64,000 nt of DNA, from the NCBI GenBank assembly GCA_963677705.1, contig OY782497.1:276285-340284 (forward strand), read 5' to 3'. The position numbers and the translations under genes are program-made. The first letter of the stretch is position 1. Each line of letters starts with the position of its first letter. Positions 48,048-58,398 of the stretch are shown piece after piece. The notes under the pieces were generated by a model. It was given only the letters and a program-made list of their open reading frames with translations. It ran no database searches and was not told where the DNA came from. The stretch is from Myxococcota bacterium. Its GTDB lineage: Bacteria; Myxococcota_A; SURF-8; G963677705.

Positions 48048-49732
48048 CAGAACACCTCCGTTTCGTTGGATGCGCCATGCTCGGCGGTTTGCAGGGCTTG
48101 ATGAACCATGCGGTACAACTCTTCACCGGCCAGTTGCACGCCGGAAAGCACCGGCCTGCGCCAGCGCCATTTCTCTTGAAGCAATGAGGTCAATTCCCGG
48201 CTGATGCGCTCACGGTCGTAACCCAACTCGTCCCCGACGATCCAGGCAGCCTGGGCCAGACAACCCAAGCCCTGACAAGGGCCTTCACCCAGGTGGGAGC
48301 GGGATAGCAGATCCAGCGGGCGACGTACCAGTTCATGCCGCGCACAGTAGCGTAGTTCCGCCTCGCAGATCGGTTCGCAACTGCAAACCATGTGACCCCA
48401 TTCGGGGTGATCGCCAAGTTGATCGAGGATGCGTTCGGCCCGTGAGCCGTGACGGGAGATCATCCGGCTGACCAGGTAGGGTGAAAGCTTCCAGCGTTCG
48501 GCCAAGGCCTCGGCATCGGGTAGCCGGTCTCCTCCGGGGAGCGGTCTGGAATGGGTACTGCATCGGGAGGGTTTCCCCAATTTATGGCAGACCAGATCCG
48601 CCGTTTCTTCCGCCATGACCCGGTACGCGGCCAGTTTTCCGCCAGCCAGGCTGATGATACCCGCCGGTCCGTTTCGCAGCGCGTGGTCATAGATGCGATG
48701 GTCGCGGGTCAGGTCGTCTTCATACTTCGCCCGTTCATACAGGGTGGGGCGGACCCCGGCGATGGTCTTCATGATCCGTGCCTCGCGCACGCTGGGAATC
48801 ACCGATTCCAGGGCGTCCAGCAGATACTCGATCTCGTCTTCGGTCACGCTGAGGTCATCGGGGTCGCCGTAGTAGTCGTCATCCGTGGTGCCGATCATCG
48901 AGGTGTTTTCATGGGGAATCATGAACACATCGCGACCATCCACCGCCGTGGCAATCACACCGATGTTGGATAATCTGCGGTCCAGAATCAGATGAACGCC
49001 CTTGCCGGGACGAAGCTTCACGCTGGTATCCGCCATGTTCGCCACCAAAGGGGACCACGGCCCGGTACAGTTGACTACCAGATCACATCGGATCGTTTCT
49101 TCCTCGCCAGTGATGTCATCATGGGTCGTGACACCCTGAATGCGCCCATGCTCTTTGATGAACCCGGTCACACGGGTCCAGGTGCGTACCGTGGCACCAT
49201 GCTCGGCGGCATCCAAGGCATTGGCAATGCACAGCCGAGGGACATCAATGCCCCATTCATCCATTAACAGGGAGCCGCGAATATCCCGACGGATCAGCGG
49301 TTCCAGCTTCTGGGTTTCCTCCGGGCTGAGCCGCAGGTGAGGCTTACCGCCTTTTAAGGGTTGGTAGCGATCGTACAATTGAAAGAAGGCGTCACCACCT
49401 TCCAGATTGATGAAGCCTTTGATTCCATCGGAAACGGGAACCGGCATCAGCATCGGGATGCGGAAGATCAGATGAGGCGCGATTTTCTGAATATAGCCGG
49501 AATCTTTGCAAGATTTCTTTGTGGTGGCGATGTCGTGCAGCAGATAGCGGATTCCGCCGTGGATCATTCCGGAACTGGCCCAACTGGTTCCCATGCCCAG
49601 ATCGCCTTTTTCCAGCAGAAGAATCTTCAAGCCACGAAGAGCCAGGTCGCGGGCCACGCCGCAGCCGTTGATACCACCGCCGATAACGATGGCATCGTAA
49701 TGAGTTGCCGAGGGCGTTGATGTTGCATTCAT
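48047..49732 (-). CDS. glpA: anaerobic glycerol-3-phosphate dehydrogenase subunit A (FAD-dependent, C-terminal BFD-like [2Fe-2S] domain)
   Basis: DAIVIGGGINGCGVARDLALRGLKILLLEKGDLGMGTSWASSGMIHGGIRYL. C-terminal Cys cluster CSCEPICEAELRYC. Start at MNATST; the ORF is open to 49813. Confidence 0.85.
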   Translation of the reverse strand: MNATSTPSATHYDAIVIGGGINGCGVARDLALRGLKILLLEKGDLGMGTSWASSGMIHGGIRYLLHDIATTKKSCKDSGYIQKIAPHLIFRIPMLMPVPVSDGIKGFINLEGGDAFFQLYDRYQPLKGGKPHLRLSPEETQKLEPLIRRDIRGSLLMDEWGIDVPRLCIANALDAAEHGATVRTWTRVTGFIKEHGRIQGVTTHDDITGEEETIRCDLVVNCTGPWSPLVANMADTSVKLRPGKGVHLILDRRLSNIGVIATAVDGRDVFMIPHENTSMIGTTDDDYYGDPDDLSVTEDEIEYLLDALESVIPSVREARIMKTIAGVRPTLYERAKYEDDLTRDHRIYDHALRNGPAGIISLAGGKLAAYRVMAEETADLVCHKLGKPSRCSTHSRPLPGGDRLPDAEALAERWKLSPYLVSRMISRHGSRAERILDQLGDHPEWGHMVCSCEPICEAELRYCARHELVRRPLDLLSRSHLGEGPCQGLGCLAQAAWIVGDELGYDRERISRELTSLLQEKWRWRRPVLSGVQLAGEELYRMVHQALQTAEHGASNETEVF

Positions 49733-50013
49733 TGAAGTCCCCTCAATCGTCTTGGGTTGGAACCGATGCCTCCAAGCAGGGATGGAATGGATGATTCGAT
49801 GTTCCCATAGCATCTTTTGACGCTCTGCGCAATAGAGCCCGAAGCCGTGAACAATGATTTCATAGAATGATCGCCAAGGTCAAGAACTCCACCTGGCAAG
49901 CCCGAACCTTCCGGAAGAATTTCTTGGAAAAACAGTCCATTTTTTCCTTGCATCCTGAACGCTCATGCAGTAGAAGTATCGTCCTGTGTTCGACCGGTAT
50001 ACGGTCCCTTTGC

Positions 50014-50101
50014 GGAGAGCTGTCCGAGAGGCCGAAGGAGCACGATTGGAAATCGTGTGTACCGCAAGGTACCCAGGGTTCGAATCCCTGGCTCTCCGCC
50101 A
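50014..50101 (+). tRNA. tRNA-Ser (anticodon GGA)
   Basis: 88 nt. GGAGAGC/GCTCTCC acceptor stem. Anticodon loop TTGGAAA between CACGA and TCGTG. Long variable arm (type II). TTCGAAT T-loop. Encoded CCA. Confidence 0.9.
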
Positions 50102-50118
50102 TTTCCTGGTTCCCTATA

Positions 50119-50142
50119 CCCTCGCCCACGCGAGGGTTTCTT
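50119..50142 (+). terminator. intrinsic terminator after tRNA-Ser
   Basis: ccctcgc-ccac-gcgaggg followed by tttctt. Confidence 0.5.
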
Positions 50143-50573
50143 ATGGTGGCCGGGCCCTGTGCGACGAGACCCGCGAACCCCGTCAGATCCGAAAGGAAGC
50201 AGCGGTAGCGGTAAGTCTGGTGTGCTGCGGGTGTCCCGGCTGCCGCCTTTTATGCACGGATCCCATTCTATTCAGCTTGGTAGGAAGCCGTTTTTTGGCG
50301 AGGAATTCCATTCGTTTGGGATTCGGCATTCTGAATGTCCGATGTTCGGACTCTCTTTTTAATGTAAGATGCTTCAAAGTTGTATGAAATTGAATAAAAT
50401 GTTGCGTTCTTGGAGGGTGAAGGAGGATTTCTCCGCGTCTTTTCTGGCGATCCACTCAAGATCATTCCTGCCTGGTCGATACCTAAACTGGGAGATATTG
50501 CAGACTAACCCGGTGATCCGAGTCTGGATTCCGGAGAAAAAGCCACGGTAAGGTAGAGACGAGAACGGGAGAG

Positions 50574-50681
50574 ATGATGATGAAATCTGAAAAGAATGAT
50601 GATCTGATGATGGGGACGGTGGTTTTGACTCTGCTGGTCACGGCGGCCTCTTACTTCGCACTGACGGGAATGTTCGGCTAG
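50574..50681 (+). CDS. possible 35-aa single-TM micro-protein
   Basis: MMMKSEKNDDLMMGTVVLTLLVTAASYFALTGMFG with a GGGAGAG RBS. Below the ORF-track length cutoff; weak. Confidence 0.25.
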   Translation: MMMKSEKNDDLMMGTVVLTLLVTAASYFALTGMFG

Positions 50682-50864
50682 CCTGGGCTTGGCGACCCTC
50701 AAGGCCGGAGGCATCCGGGGTATCGCCTTGTCTATTCCATCCACTTAGGCCGCGCACGATTCAAGCAAGGTGCCGGTTTGCTACGGAAACCATCGCCCGG
50801 AGGTTCGGGACGATGGTTCGTCTGATTTTACACCTTACCCATAAAGACAAAGAATGACAAACGC

Positions 50865-51254
50865 TTACCCGTTCGCGGGCTCTTGACTGGGCGTCGTCGG
50901 GGTACTCTCGCTTTTTGCTCCAATGGCCTGCTGGTTGTGCAGCAAGGTGATGGGGTAGAGGTCTTTGCCTTCAAGCAGGGTGCCGCGGACATCGGCATCG
51001 TTGAAGGCCGCGTAGTTGAGGTTGGCACCGTCTAGTTTGGCGCCCCGTAAATTGCTTCGTTGGAAATTGACGCAGATCAGGTTGCAGTTGGAAAGATCCG
51101 CTCCGGCCAGATTGGTTTCGCTGAGGTCGGCACCACGCAAGTTTTCACCGGACAGATCAACGCCTTGAAGGTTTTCAGAGGACAGGTCTACACCCATGCT
51201 GATTTTGTAAAGAATCTGGTCTTTGGTTAAACGGGGTTGGTTCATGATTTCCAA
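50865..51254 (-). CDS. pentapeptide-repeat protein
   Basis: Tandem A(D/N)LxG pentapeptides (GADLSGENLRGADLSETNLAGADLSNCNL...). 129 aa. Confidence 0.75.
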   Translation of the reverse strand: MEIMNQPRLTKDQILYKISMGVDLSSENLQGVDLSGENLRGADLSETNLAGADLSNCNLICVNFQRSNLRGAKLDGANLNYAAFNDADVRGTLLEGKDLYPITLLHNQQAIGAKSESTPTTPSQEPANG

Positions 51255-51672
51255 TCTCCTGGGTTGATCCCCTTACCATGTCAATTCCGGCGTATAGGTT
51301 GGAATCGAGGGCATGAGGAAAACGAGAGCCTGTAAAGTCGATAACCGTGAAAAGTCCGTCTCTATTCCCGCCGGAGATCATGCTTTTTCTGATCGATAGC
51401 GGGTGTTGAAAAGATAGAAAAACACCAACAAATCATACTCTTATAATGTTGTGACAAATTGTCGTGGTCCATCCCTTGGGATCGGTGGTTTTGACAAAAT
51501 GTCATGCCATACCCGTTAAATATAGGTCGCAACGACAAAAGCACAAGAAGGTGCTGAAAAGAAAAATTGTGAAATTTCTAAGTTTTTGAAATAATAACGG
51601 AAAATCGCAAGTTGTGGTCGGTATGGAATTTGCATCTAGCTTTGCCGGACTCATAGGTGAGGAGGTTAGGCT

Positions 51673-52584
51673 TTGCTTGATCTGTTTTTTAAGAAATACT
51701 TCTGGTCGTTCAATCTCTTGTCCATCATGGCCTGTGCCTATCTGGTTGCCGGTGCGGGGAACAAGTTCGTCGCCCAGGCTATCGCTCCGGATCTGGAGCT
51801 TCCTGCGTCTGTGGCGACTGAAGGCAAAGGCAAGGAAAAAGAGGAACAGTGGACAAAGAAGGCTCAGTATAATCCGGTAACCGGAGAGAAGATGACTCCG
51901 GTGATCGTTGAAGATGTGGTTGCGCCGGACCCGACCTTGGGCAATCTGGATACATCGGATGGTTTTTCGGAGAATACCCCGTGTTCCAAGACGACGCTTC
52001 CCTTGGAATTACTCGGTACGATGGCCTCGACGACACCGGAAGACAGCTTTGCAATCATCAAAACCCAGGACAAGAAAACCACGATCGTTGAGCCGGGGAT
52101 CAAGATCACCGACGCTGTTGTCGTGGGGATTTTCCGCCATCGTGTGTTGTTCAAGCGGGATGGCGGTCGGATGGAATGCCTGGTTTACGGCGAACTGCCC
52201 GAAGCGAAAAAAGAAGAAAAGAAGGAAGTTGCCGAAGACGGTGAGGGCATTCGTTGCACCAGTGATACCGAATGTCTGATTGCCCAAAGCGAGATTGATC
52301 GTGCGATGGCCAATTTGAACAGTTTGATGACCCAGGCGAAAATGGTGCCCAGCTATAAGAACGGCAAGCACCAGGGTTTTCGGATCTACAGCATCAAGCC
52401 CAAGTCTCTGTATCAGAAGCTCGGTCTGAAAAATGGGGATATTTTGCAGGCGATCAACAAAATGTCGTTGGACAGCCCGGAAAAAGGGCTTGAGATTTAT
52501 TCCAAGTTGAAAACGGAAAAGAACCTCTCCGTGGATTTGGTCCGTCGTGGGCGGAACATGACGATGGAGTATACCATTCAATAG
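51673..52584 (+). CDS. gspC: type II secretion system protein C (TM anchor + C-terminal PDZ)
   Basis: N-terminal TM helix. C-terminal PDZ (GLKNGDILQAINKMSL...). Immediately upstream of the secretin gene. Confidence 0.7.
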   Translation: MLDLFFKKYFWSFNLLSIMACAYLVAGAGNKFVAQAIAPDLELPASVATEGKGKEKEEQWTKKAQYNPVTGEKMTPVIVEDVVAPDPTLGNLDTSDGFSENTPCSKTTLPLELLGTMASTTPEDSFAIIKTQDKKTTIVEPGIKITDAVVVGIFRHRVLFKRDGGRMECLVYGELPEAKKEEKKEVAEDGEGIRCTSDTECLIAQSEIDRAMANLNSLMTQAKMVPSYKNGKHQGFRIYSIKPKSLYQKLGLKNGDILQAINKMSLDSPEKGLEIYSKLKTEKNLSVDLVRRGRNMTMEYTIQ

Positions 52585-52591
52585 GTGTGAC

Positions 52592-55378
52592 GTGAGCATG
52601 AGTGGACGCGGAAAAGCAATGGCACGTTTCTTGGTGATGATGCTCCTGGCTGGCTTGGCCTTGGTCTGTCTGCCGGTGACAGGGGTATCTTGGGCGAATG
52701 AATTGCAGCCGGATAGTTTGGATGGGCATTTGTTTGCAGGTCCGACCCCGGAGCAAATGGAAGAGCTGAAAGACCGTGGGCTCCCTGTGGACAAGTCGGG
52801 ACTGGAGGCTCTGGAAAAATCCAAGAAAGAAGAAGAGCGAAAGAAGAATGCTCCTGTCCGAAAAGGGCCGCCCAAGCGCTTCAAAGCCATTGGTGGTCCC
52901 GGCGGTGGGTTGCCTGGAAGGCCGGGGCTGCTTCCTGTGGGGCAGACGCCCGGCGGGAAAGATGCCCAAGGGGAGCGGGGCGCGAAGGGACGCAAAGAGG
53001 ATGGCTCAAAGGATCGCGGCTCTAGCTCGTTGAAGAAGGGTGGTCCTGGAGATAGAGGCTCTGCGGATGTTGGTGCGGCGTTGGGATTGCCGGCGAAGAA
53101 AGCGGATGAAGGCGATAGTCTTCCGGTTCGTGAGCTTCCTCAGAATGACAGCAACAAGCCGACGAAAGAAGGCCAGCGTGAGGGCTTTAGCGAATTTCAG
53201 GAAGGTGAACGCTACCACCTGGATTACTATGACGCCGAGCTGGTGGACTTCATCAAGCAGATGTCTGAAAAGTTCAAGGTGAACTTCATCCTTTCAGACA
53301 AAGTCAAAGGGGGAAAGATTACCATTGTTTCTCCCAATCCGGTGACTCGTGAGGAAGCCTGGCAGGCCTTCTTGTCCGTGTTGGAAGGAAAAAATCTGAC
53401 CTTGGTGAAAATCGGTCAGTTCTACAAGATTCTTCCGCGCAACGAAGCAGGGCGTTCTCCGATCAAAACCTACCTCAATGGCGGTCGGGTGGACCCTACC
53501 GATGAGATGATTACCTATCTGTTGAAAGTGCAGAACATCGGCCTGAAAGAGATGGAAAGCATCTTGAAAGAGATGAAAAGCAAGGAAGGCCAGATCGTTA
53601 CTTTCGAGCCGACCAACACGATGATTATCACGGACAGTTCGGTGAATATTCGCCGTATGGCCAAAATCGTTCGAGAACTGGATGTCCCCAGCGGAACGGA
53701 TGTAATTCACGTTATCGACATCTATTATGCTGCGGCCAGCGACGTGGCCTCCTCCTTGCAGGAAATCTTTGGTGACAAAGGGAAGGGTGGGGCGAAAGCC
53801 AAAAGCAGCAAGAAGGGCTCAGGAAAGAAGGATGATGATGCTGAGGCGGTCAGCCTGACCAACGTCATTTCCGACGAGCGCACCAACCAGCTTATCATCG
53901 TGGCGCCGCGCACGGCGATGCCGAAAATCCTTGACCTGATCAATCGTTTGGACGTTCCCATTCCCGGAGATGGGCAGGTTCATGTTTATTATTGTGAAAA
54001 CGCCAACGCCGAGGAACTGGCTCAGACCTTGACCGGCTTGGCATCGGGCCGTGGGCGATCCACGACCAAGGGGAAGGGAAAGGCCGGAACGAACAGTGCG
54101 GAACTGTTTGAAGGGGAAGTCAAGGTTACGGCGGATAAGTCCACCAACAGCTTAGTCGTTGTAGCTTCCACCAAGGATTACAACGCGCTGAAGAAGGTGA
54201 TTCAACAGTTGGATATCCGCCGCCGTCAGGTGTTTGTGGAAGCGGTGATTATGGAAGTGACGCTGTCCAAAAACCGGACCTTGGGTATGGCGATCAATGG
54301 CGGCTACTCTATGAATATCGGTGGGGAAACCGTGCCGATCTACGCCGCGACGACTCTCGGTTCGCAGTCCAGCATCATCATGGACCCAACCACCCTGTCC
54401 GGTCTGGCCGTCGGTCTGCAAGGTCCGGAACTGGAAGGCACGGAAGGGATGATTTCCGGCATGGACGGTGGGATTCCCGCCTTTGGCGTGTTGTTGCAGA
54501 TGATCCAAACCGACAGTGACGCCAACGTGCTTTCCACACCGCACATTCTGACAATGGATAACGAAGAGGCGGAAATCATCGTCGGTTCCAACGTGCCGTT
54601 CATTACCGGATCGGCCCGTGACTCCAACAACCAGCCGGTCTTGTCCATTCAGCGTCAAGATGTGGCGTTGTCGATGAAAATTAAACCGCAGATCAATGAA
54701 AGTGATTACGTCCGCTTGGAAGTCAACCAGGAAATCACCGAGTTGGTTTCCATTTCCGAAACACTCGGACCCACCACCACCAAGCGTGCTGCGAAAAGCG
54801 TGGTCGTGGTCAAAGACAACCAGACCATCGTCATCGGTGGTTTGCTGCGTGACCGGGAAACCTCGGATGCGGAAAAAGTACCCTTCCTGGGTGATCTGCC
54901 CGTTTTGGGGCGTCTGTTCCGCCGGGATAAGGAAGGTAAGGAAAAAACCAACCTGCTGATTTTCCTTACCTGCCACATCATCAAGGATGACGAGGACTTC
55001 AAGCGGATCTTCAAACGCAAAATGGAAGAGCGGAACGAGTTCCTGCGCCGTTTCTATGGTGAAGATGACGACTACGAATTTGAGACGGACTTCACCCAGA
55101 AGGTGGGCCTGGTGGAAACCATCCGCGCCACGGTGGAGCAAGAGAAAGTTCGCACGCAGAAAGAAGATGAGCAGCGTCAGCGGGAATTGGTCATCACGCC
55201 CGATGAGGGACACAACGTGTATGAGATCGGGATGCCGCGTGGAAAATACCAGGAAAATTCTTCGGATTCGTCGAAGACTTCCGGCCACGCCGCCGAACCG
55301 AAAAGCACGGAGGTCACTCCGGATGAATTGATGCGGCAACTGACCAGCCGTCCGGGCAAGGATCGTGACGAGCAGTAA
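52592..55378 (+). CDS. gspD: type II secretion system secretin GspD with an N-terminal Pro/Gly/Lys-rich extension
   Basis: Signal peptide. N0-N3 domains. C-terminal secretin motif VVVVKDNQTIVIGGLLRD...VPFLGDLPVLGRLF. 928 aa. Confidence 0.9.
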   Translation: MSMSGRGKAMARFLVMMLLAGLALVCLPVTGVSWANELQPDSLDGHLFAGPTPEQMEELKDRGLPVDKSGLEALEKSKKEEERKKNAPVRKGPPKRFKAIGGPGGGLPGRPGLLPVGQTPGGKDAQGERGAKGRKEDGSKDRGSSSLKKGGPGDRGSADVGAALGLPAKKADEGDSLPVRELPQNDSNKPTKEGQREGFSEFQEGERYHLDYYDAELVDFIKQMSEKFKVNFILSDKVKGGKITIVSPNPVTREEAWQAFLSVLEGKNLTLVKIGQFYKILPRNEAGRSPIKTYLNGGRVDPTDEMITYLLKVQNIGLKEMESILKEMKSKEGQIVTFEPTNTMIITDSSVNIRRMAKIVRELDVPSGTDVIHVIDIYYAAASDVASSLQEIFGDKGKGGAKAKSSKKGSGKKDDDAEAVSLTNVISDERTNQLIIVAPRTAMPKILDLINRLDVPIPGDGQVHVYYCENANAEELAQTLTGLASGRGRSTTKGKGKAGTNSAELFEGEVKVTADKSTNSLVVVASTKDYNALKKVIQQLDIRRRQVFVEAVIMEVTLSKNRTLGMAINGGYSMNIGGETVPIYAATTLGSQSSIIMDPTTLSGLAVGLQGPELEGTEGMISGMDGGIPAFGVLLQMIQTDSDANVLSTPHILTMDNEEAEIIVGSNVPFITGSARDSNNQPVLSIQRQDVALSMKIKPQINESDYVRLEVNQEITELVSISETLGPTTTKRAAKSVVVVKDNQTIVIGGLLRDRETSDAEKVPFLGDLPVLGRLFRRDKEGKEKTNLLIFLTCHIIKDDEDFKRIFKRKMEERNEFLRRFYGEDDDYEFETDFTQKVGLVETIRATVEQEKVRTQKEDEQRQRELVITPDEGHNVYEIGMPRGKYQENSSDSSKTSGHAAEPKSTEVTPDELMRQLTSRPGKDRDEQ

Positions 55379-55401
55379 CCCGTCAGAAGTAAGGAAACAC
55401 C

Positions 55402-57102
55402 ATGCGTTTGGGTGAGGTACTCATCAAACACAAAGCCTTGACCGAGGATCAGCTTCAACTGGCCTTGGATCAGCAGTCCGACCGAGGGGGACGTATCGGC
55501 GAAGTGGCCATCGCCCAAGGGTATGTTACCCCGGCTCAGGTGGCGAAAGCTCTGGCCGAGCAGCTTGGTCTGGATTATATGGAAGAGCTGCCCAAAGAAC
55601 GGGATATGGCTCTGTTGCAGAACATTCCATTGAGTTTTGCCAAGCAGTATAAGTTCCTGCCTCTGGGTGTGGAAAACGGAGTGGTTCGCGTGGCTACCTC
55701 CGATCCTCTGGAACTGATGGCCCTGGATGACTTGCGTATCGTGTTGGGGATGCGTTACGACCTGTTTCTTGTTCCCTACGATATTCTGATTAAAGAAATC
55801 AATCAGGTTTATTCGGACCTTGGTTTCATGGGCGCCGATCTGGGTGAGGAAGACCAACAGAAAGAGGAATCGGACGAGGAAGAAGACATCGTTGACCTTC
55901 TGGATGCCGGTTTGGATGATGAAGCCTTTGCCATCCGCTTTGTCAACCAGCTTCTCTTCCGCGCCTTGAAGCAGCGGGCCAGTGATATTCACGTCGAGCC
56001 GATGGAAAACGATGTGGCCGTGCGCTACCGTATTGATGGCGTGCTGCATGAAATCGTTCGTCTGAAAAAGCGCTGGCAGAATTCCGTGACCAGCCGTATC
56101 AAGATCATGGGCAACCTGAACATTGCCGAAAAACGCTTGCCCCAGGATGGCCGTATCCGCTTGAAGGTGGCAGGAAAAGACATTGACATTCGTTTGAGTA
56201 CGCTGCCTACCAGCTATGGCGAACGAAGCGTGATGCGTCTGCTGGATCGCTCCGCCGTGCTGTTGAGCATGGATAGCCTGGGCTTTATGAACCGGCAGTT
56301 CAAGCAGTTCGAGCAACTGATTGCTCAACCCCACGGCATCATTCTTGTCACCGGGCCAACCGGTAGTGGTAAAACCACTACGCTGTATTCGGCGCTGTCG
56401 GCAATCAACACTCCGGACAAGAACATCATTACGGTTGAAGATCCGGTGGAATATCAGCTCCCCGGTATCGGGCAGGTTCCGGTCAACCATAAGATCAATA
56501 TGACCTTTGCCTCGGCCTTGCGCTCCATCTTGCGTCAGGATCCCGATGTCATCATGATCGGTGAAATTCGTGACTTGGAAACGGCGGAGATCGCCGTGCA
56601 GAGTTCCTTGACCGGTCACCTGGTCTTGTCCACCATCCATACCAACGATTCCGCCAGCACGGTAACCCGTCTGGTGGATATGGGCGTGGAAAGCTTCCTG
56701 GTTGCGACCTCCGTGATCGGCATCATGGCCCAGCGCTTGATTCGTACTCTGTGTACCTGCAAGGAAACCTACGTTCCCACCGAAACGGAACTGCGCAGCA
56801 TTGATGCCGGCTTCGTGGAGAGCCTGCTCAGTGGGCCGCCCATCTACAAGGCCAACGGTTGCGATGAATGCGGTGGAACGGGCTATCGGGGACGAAAAGG
56901 TATTTACGAATTGCTGATGGTGGACGAAGGCATTCAGGACTTGATTCTGCGTAAAGCCGACGCCGCCCAGATCAAGAAGCAGGCTCTGGAAAAGGGAATG
57001 CTCAACCTCCGTCAAGATGGACTGACCAAAGTTCAGCTTGGCTGGACCACCCTGGATGAAGTCATGCGCGTCACCCAGGATGAAATCGTATCAACGGATT
57101 AA
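55402..57102 (+). CDS. gspE: type II secretion ATPase GspE
   Basis: N1E domain. Walker A GPTGSGKTTT. Tetracysteine CDECGGTGYRGR. 566 aa. Confidence 0.95.
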   Translation: MRLGEVLIKHKALTEDQLQLALDQQSDRGGRIGEVAIAQGYVTPAQVAKALAEQLGLDYMEELPKERDMALLQNIPLSFAKQYKFLPLGVENGVVRVATSDPLELMALDDLRIVLGMRYDLFLVPYDILIKEINQVYSDLGFMGADLGEEDQQKEESDEEEDIVDLLDAGLDDEAFAIRFVNQLLFRALKQRASDIHVEPMENDVAVRYRIDGVLHEIVRLKKRWQNSVTSRIKIMGNLNIAEKRLPQDGRIRLKVAGKDIDIRLSTLPTSYGERSVMRLLDRSAVLLSMDSLGFMNRQFKQFEQLIAQPHGIILVTGPTGSGKTTTLYSALSAINTPDKNIITVEDPVEYQLPGIGQVPVNHKINMTFASALRSILRQDPDVIMIGEIRDLETAEIAVQSSLTGHLVLSTIHTNDSASTVTRLVDMGVESFLVATSVIGIMAQRLIRTLCTCKETYVPTETELRSIDAGFVESLLSGPPIYKANGCDECGGTGYRGRKGIYELLMVDEGIQDLILRKADAAQIKKQALEKGMLNLRQDGLTKVQLGWTTLDEVMRVTQDEIVSTD

Positions 57103-57105
57103 ACC

Positions 57106-58359
57106 ATGCCGGTATTTGAATGGAAAGGCTTGGACAAAGCGGGCAAAGCCCGCAAAGGGCTCTTGGATGCCGAGAGCGAACGTGTCGCCAAAGCGAAGCT
57201 GAAGGCGGACGGCGTATTCCTGACCGGGATTGCCGAGACGAAGAGTTCCGGCGGTGGGGCGATCCGCAAGCCTGAAGGCGGCTCGCTGCTCTCGATGGAA
57301 GTGGATTTCTCCAAGTACTTCCAGACCGTCAGCCAACAGGAAGTGATGGTTATGACCCGGCTGATGAGTAACCTGGTCAAAGCCAACATTCCCATTGTCG
57401 ATGCCTTGACGGCGATCATCGAACAGGAAGAAAACGAAAAATTCAAGCGCGTACTCAGTGACATTCGCGAGCGGGTCAACGAAGGAAGCAGCCTCTCCGA
57501 TGGCTTGGCCGAACATCCTAAGCTGTTCAGTGCGATGTACATCAACATGGTTCGCGCCGGGGAGACTTCCGGAGCCTTGGACATCGTCATGAGCCGTCTG
57601 GCGGATTTTACGGAAAGCCAGATGGGGTTGCGTTCCAAGGTGAAAAGCGCCATGACCTATCCTGTGTTGATGGCGGTGTTTGCCGTGCTGGTTGTGGCCT
57701 TGCTGTTTACCGTGGTGATTCCGAAAATCGTAACCATCTTCCAGGATCTGAAAATCACCTTGCCCCTTTCCACCCGGATTCTGATCTGGCTCAGTGAATT
57801 CGTTTCCGGCTATTGGTGGTTGCTTGGCTTGATGATGGGCTTGACCGTCTGGGGATTCACCCGCTGGAAGAATTCCAAGAAGGGAAGCATCACCTGGGAT
57901 CGCTTCAAGCTGAACAGCCCCTTGTTCGGCTCCTTGATTCGTAGTATCGCGGTCAGCCGCTTTGCAACGACACTGGCCACGTTGATGACCAGCGGCGTGC
58001 CGCTTTTGACCAGCATCGAGATTGTCAAAAACGTTCTGAATAATCAGATTTTGCAGAAAGTGCTTGAAAAAGCGCGGGAAGACATCCGTGAGGGTGAAAG
58101 CATCGCCAAGCCCTTGCAGGCCAGTGGAGAATTTCCCAGCATCGTGACGCACATGATCGCCATCGGCGAGCGCACCGGCCAGTTGGAGGAAATGCTGGAA
58201 CATGTCTCCCGCCAGTATGACCGACAAGTTGAAGACAAACTAACCAGCATGACCGCCCTGATGGAACCGGCGATGATTCTCATTATGGCCGGGGTTGTGT
58301 TGTTTATCGTTCTGTCCATTTTGTTACCGATTATGCAAATCAATCAATCCCTGCGTTAA
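57106..58359 (+). CDS. gspF: type II secretion inner-membrane platform protein GspF
   Basis: Duplicated GspF/PilC domain architecture with 3 TM helices. 417 aa. Confidence 0.9.
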   Translation: MPVFEWKGLDKAGKARKGLLDAESERVAKAKLKADGVFLTGIAETKSSGGGAIRKPEGGSLLSMEVDFSKYFQTVSQQEVMVMTRLMSNLVKANIPIVDALTAIIEQEENEKFKRVLSDIRERVNEGSSLSDGLAEHPKLFSAMYINMVRAGETSGALDIVMSRLADFTESQMGLRSKVKSAMTYPVLMAVFAVLVVALLFTVVIPKIVTIFQDLKITLPLSTRILIWLSEFVSGYWWLLGLMMGLTVWGFTRWKNSKKGSITWDRFKLNSPLFGSLIRSIAVSRFATTLATLMTSGVPLLTSIEIVKNVLNNQILQKVLEKAREDIREGESIAKPLQASGEFPSIVTHMIAIGERTGQLEEMLEHVSRQYDRQVEDKLTSMTALMEPAMILIMAGVVLFIVLSILLPIMQINQSLR

Positions 58360-58398
58360 GCGCCTGGGAGCGTAACCCCCCTTTGTTGCTAGGAGGAA

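Noticed and set aside
51255-51672. sigma70 promoter for the gsp operon (exact TATAAT at about 51448)
   Set aside because: The corresponding -35 (AAAACA) is poor, and an alternative TTGACA further downstream lacks a -10. Left as an unassigned AT-rich regulatory region.
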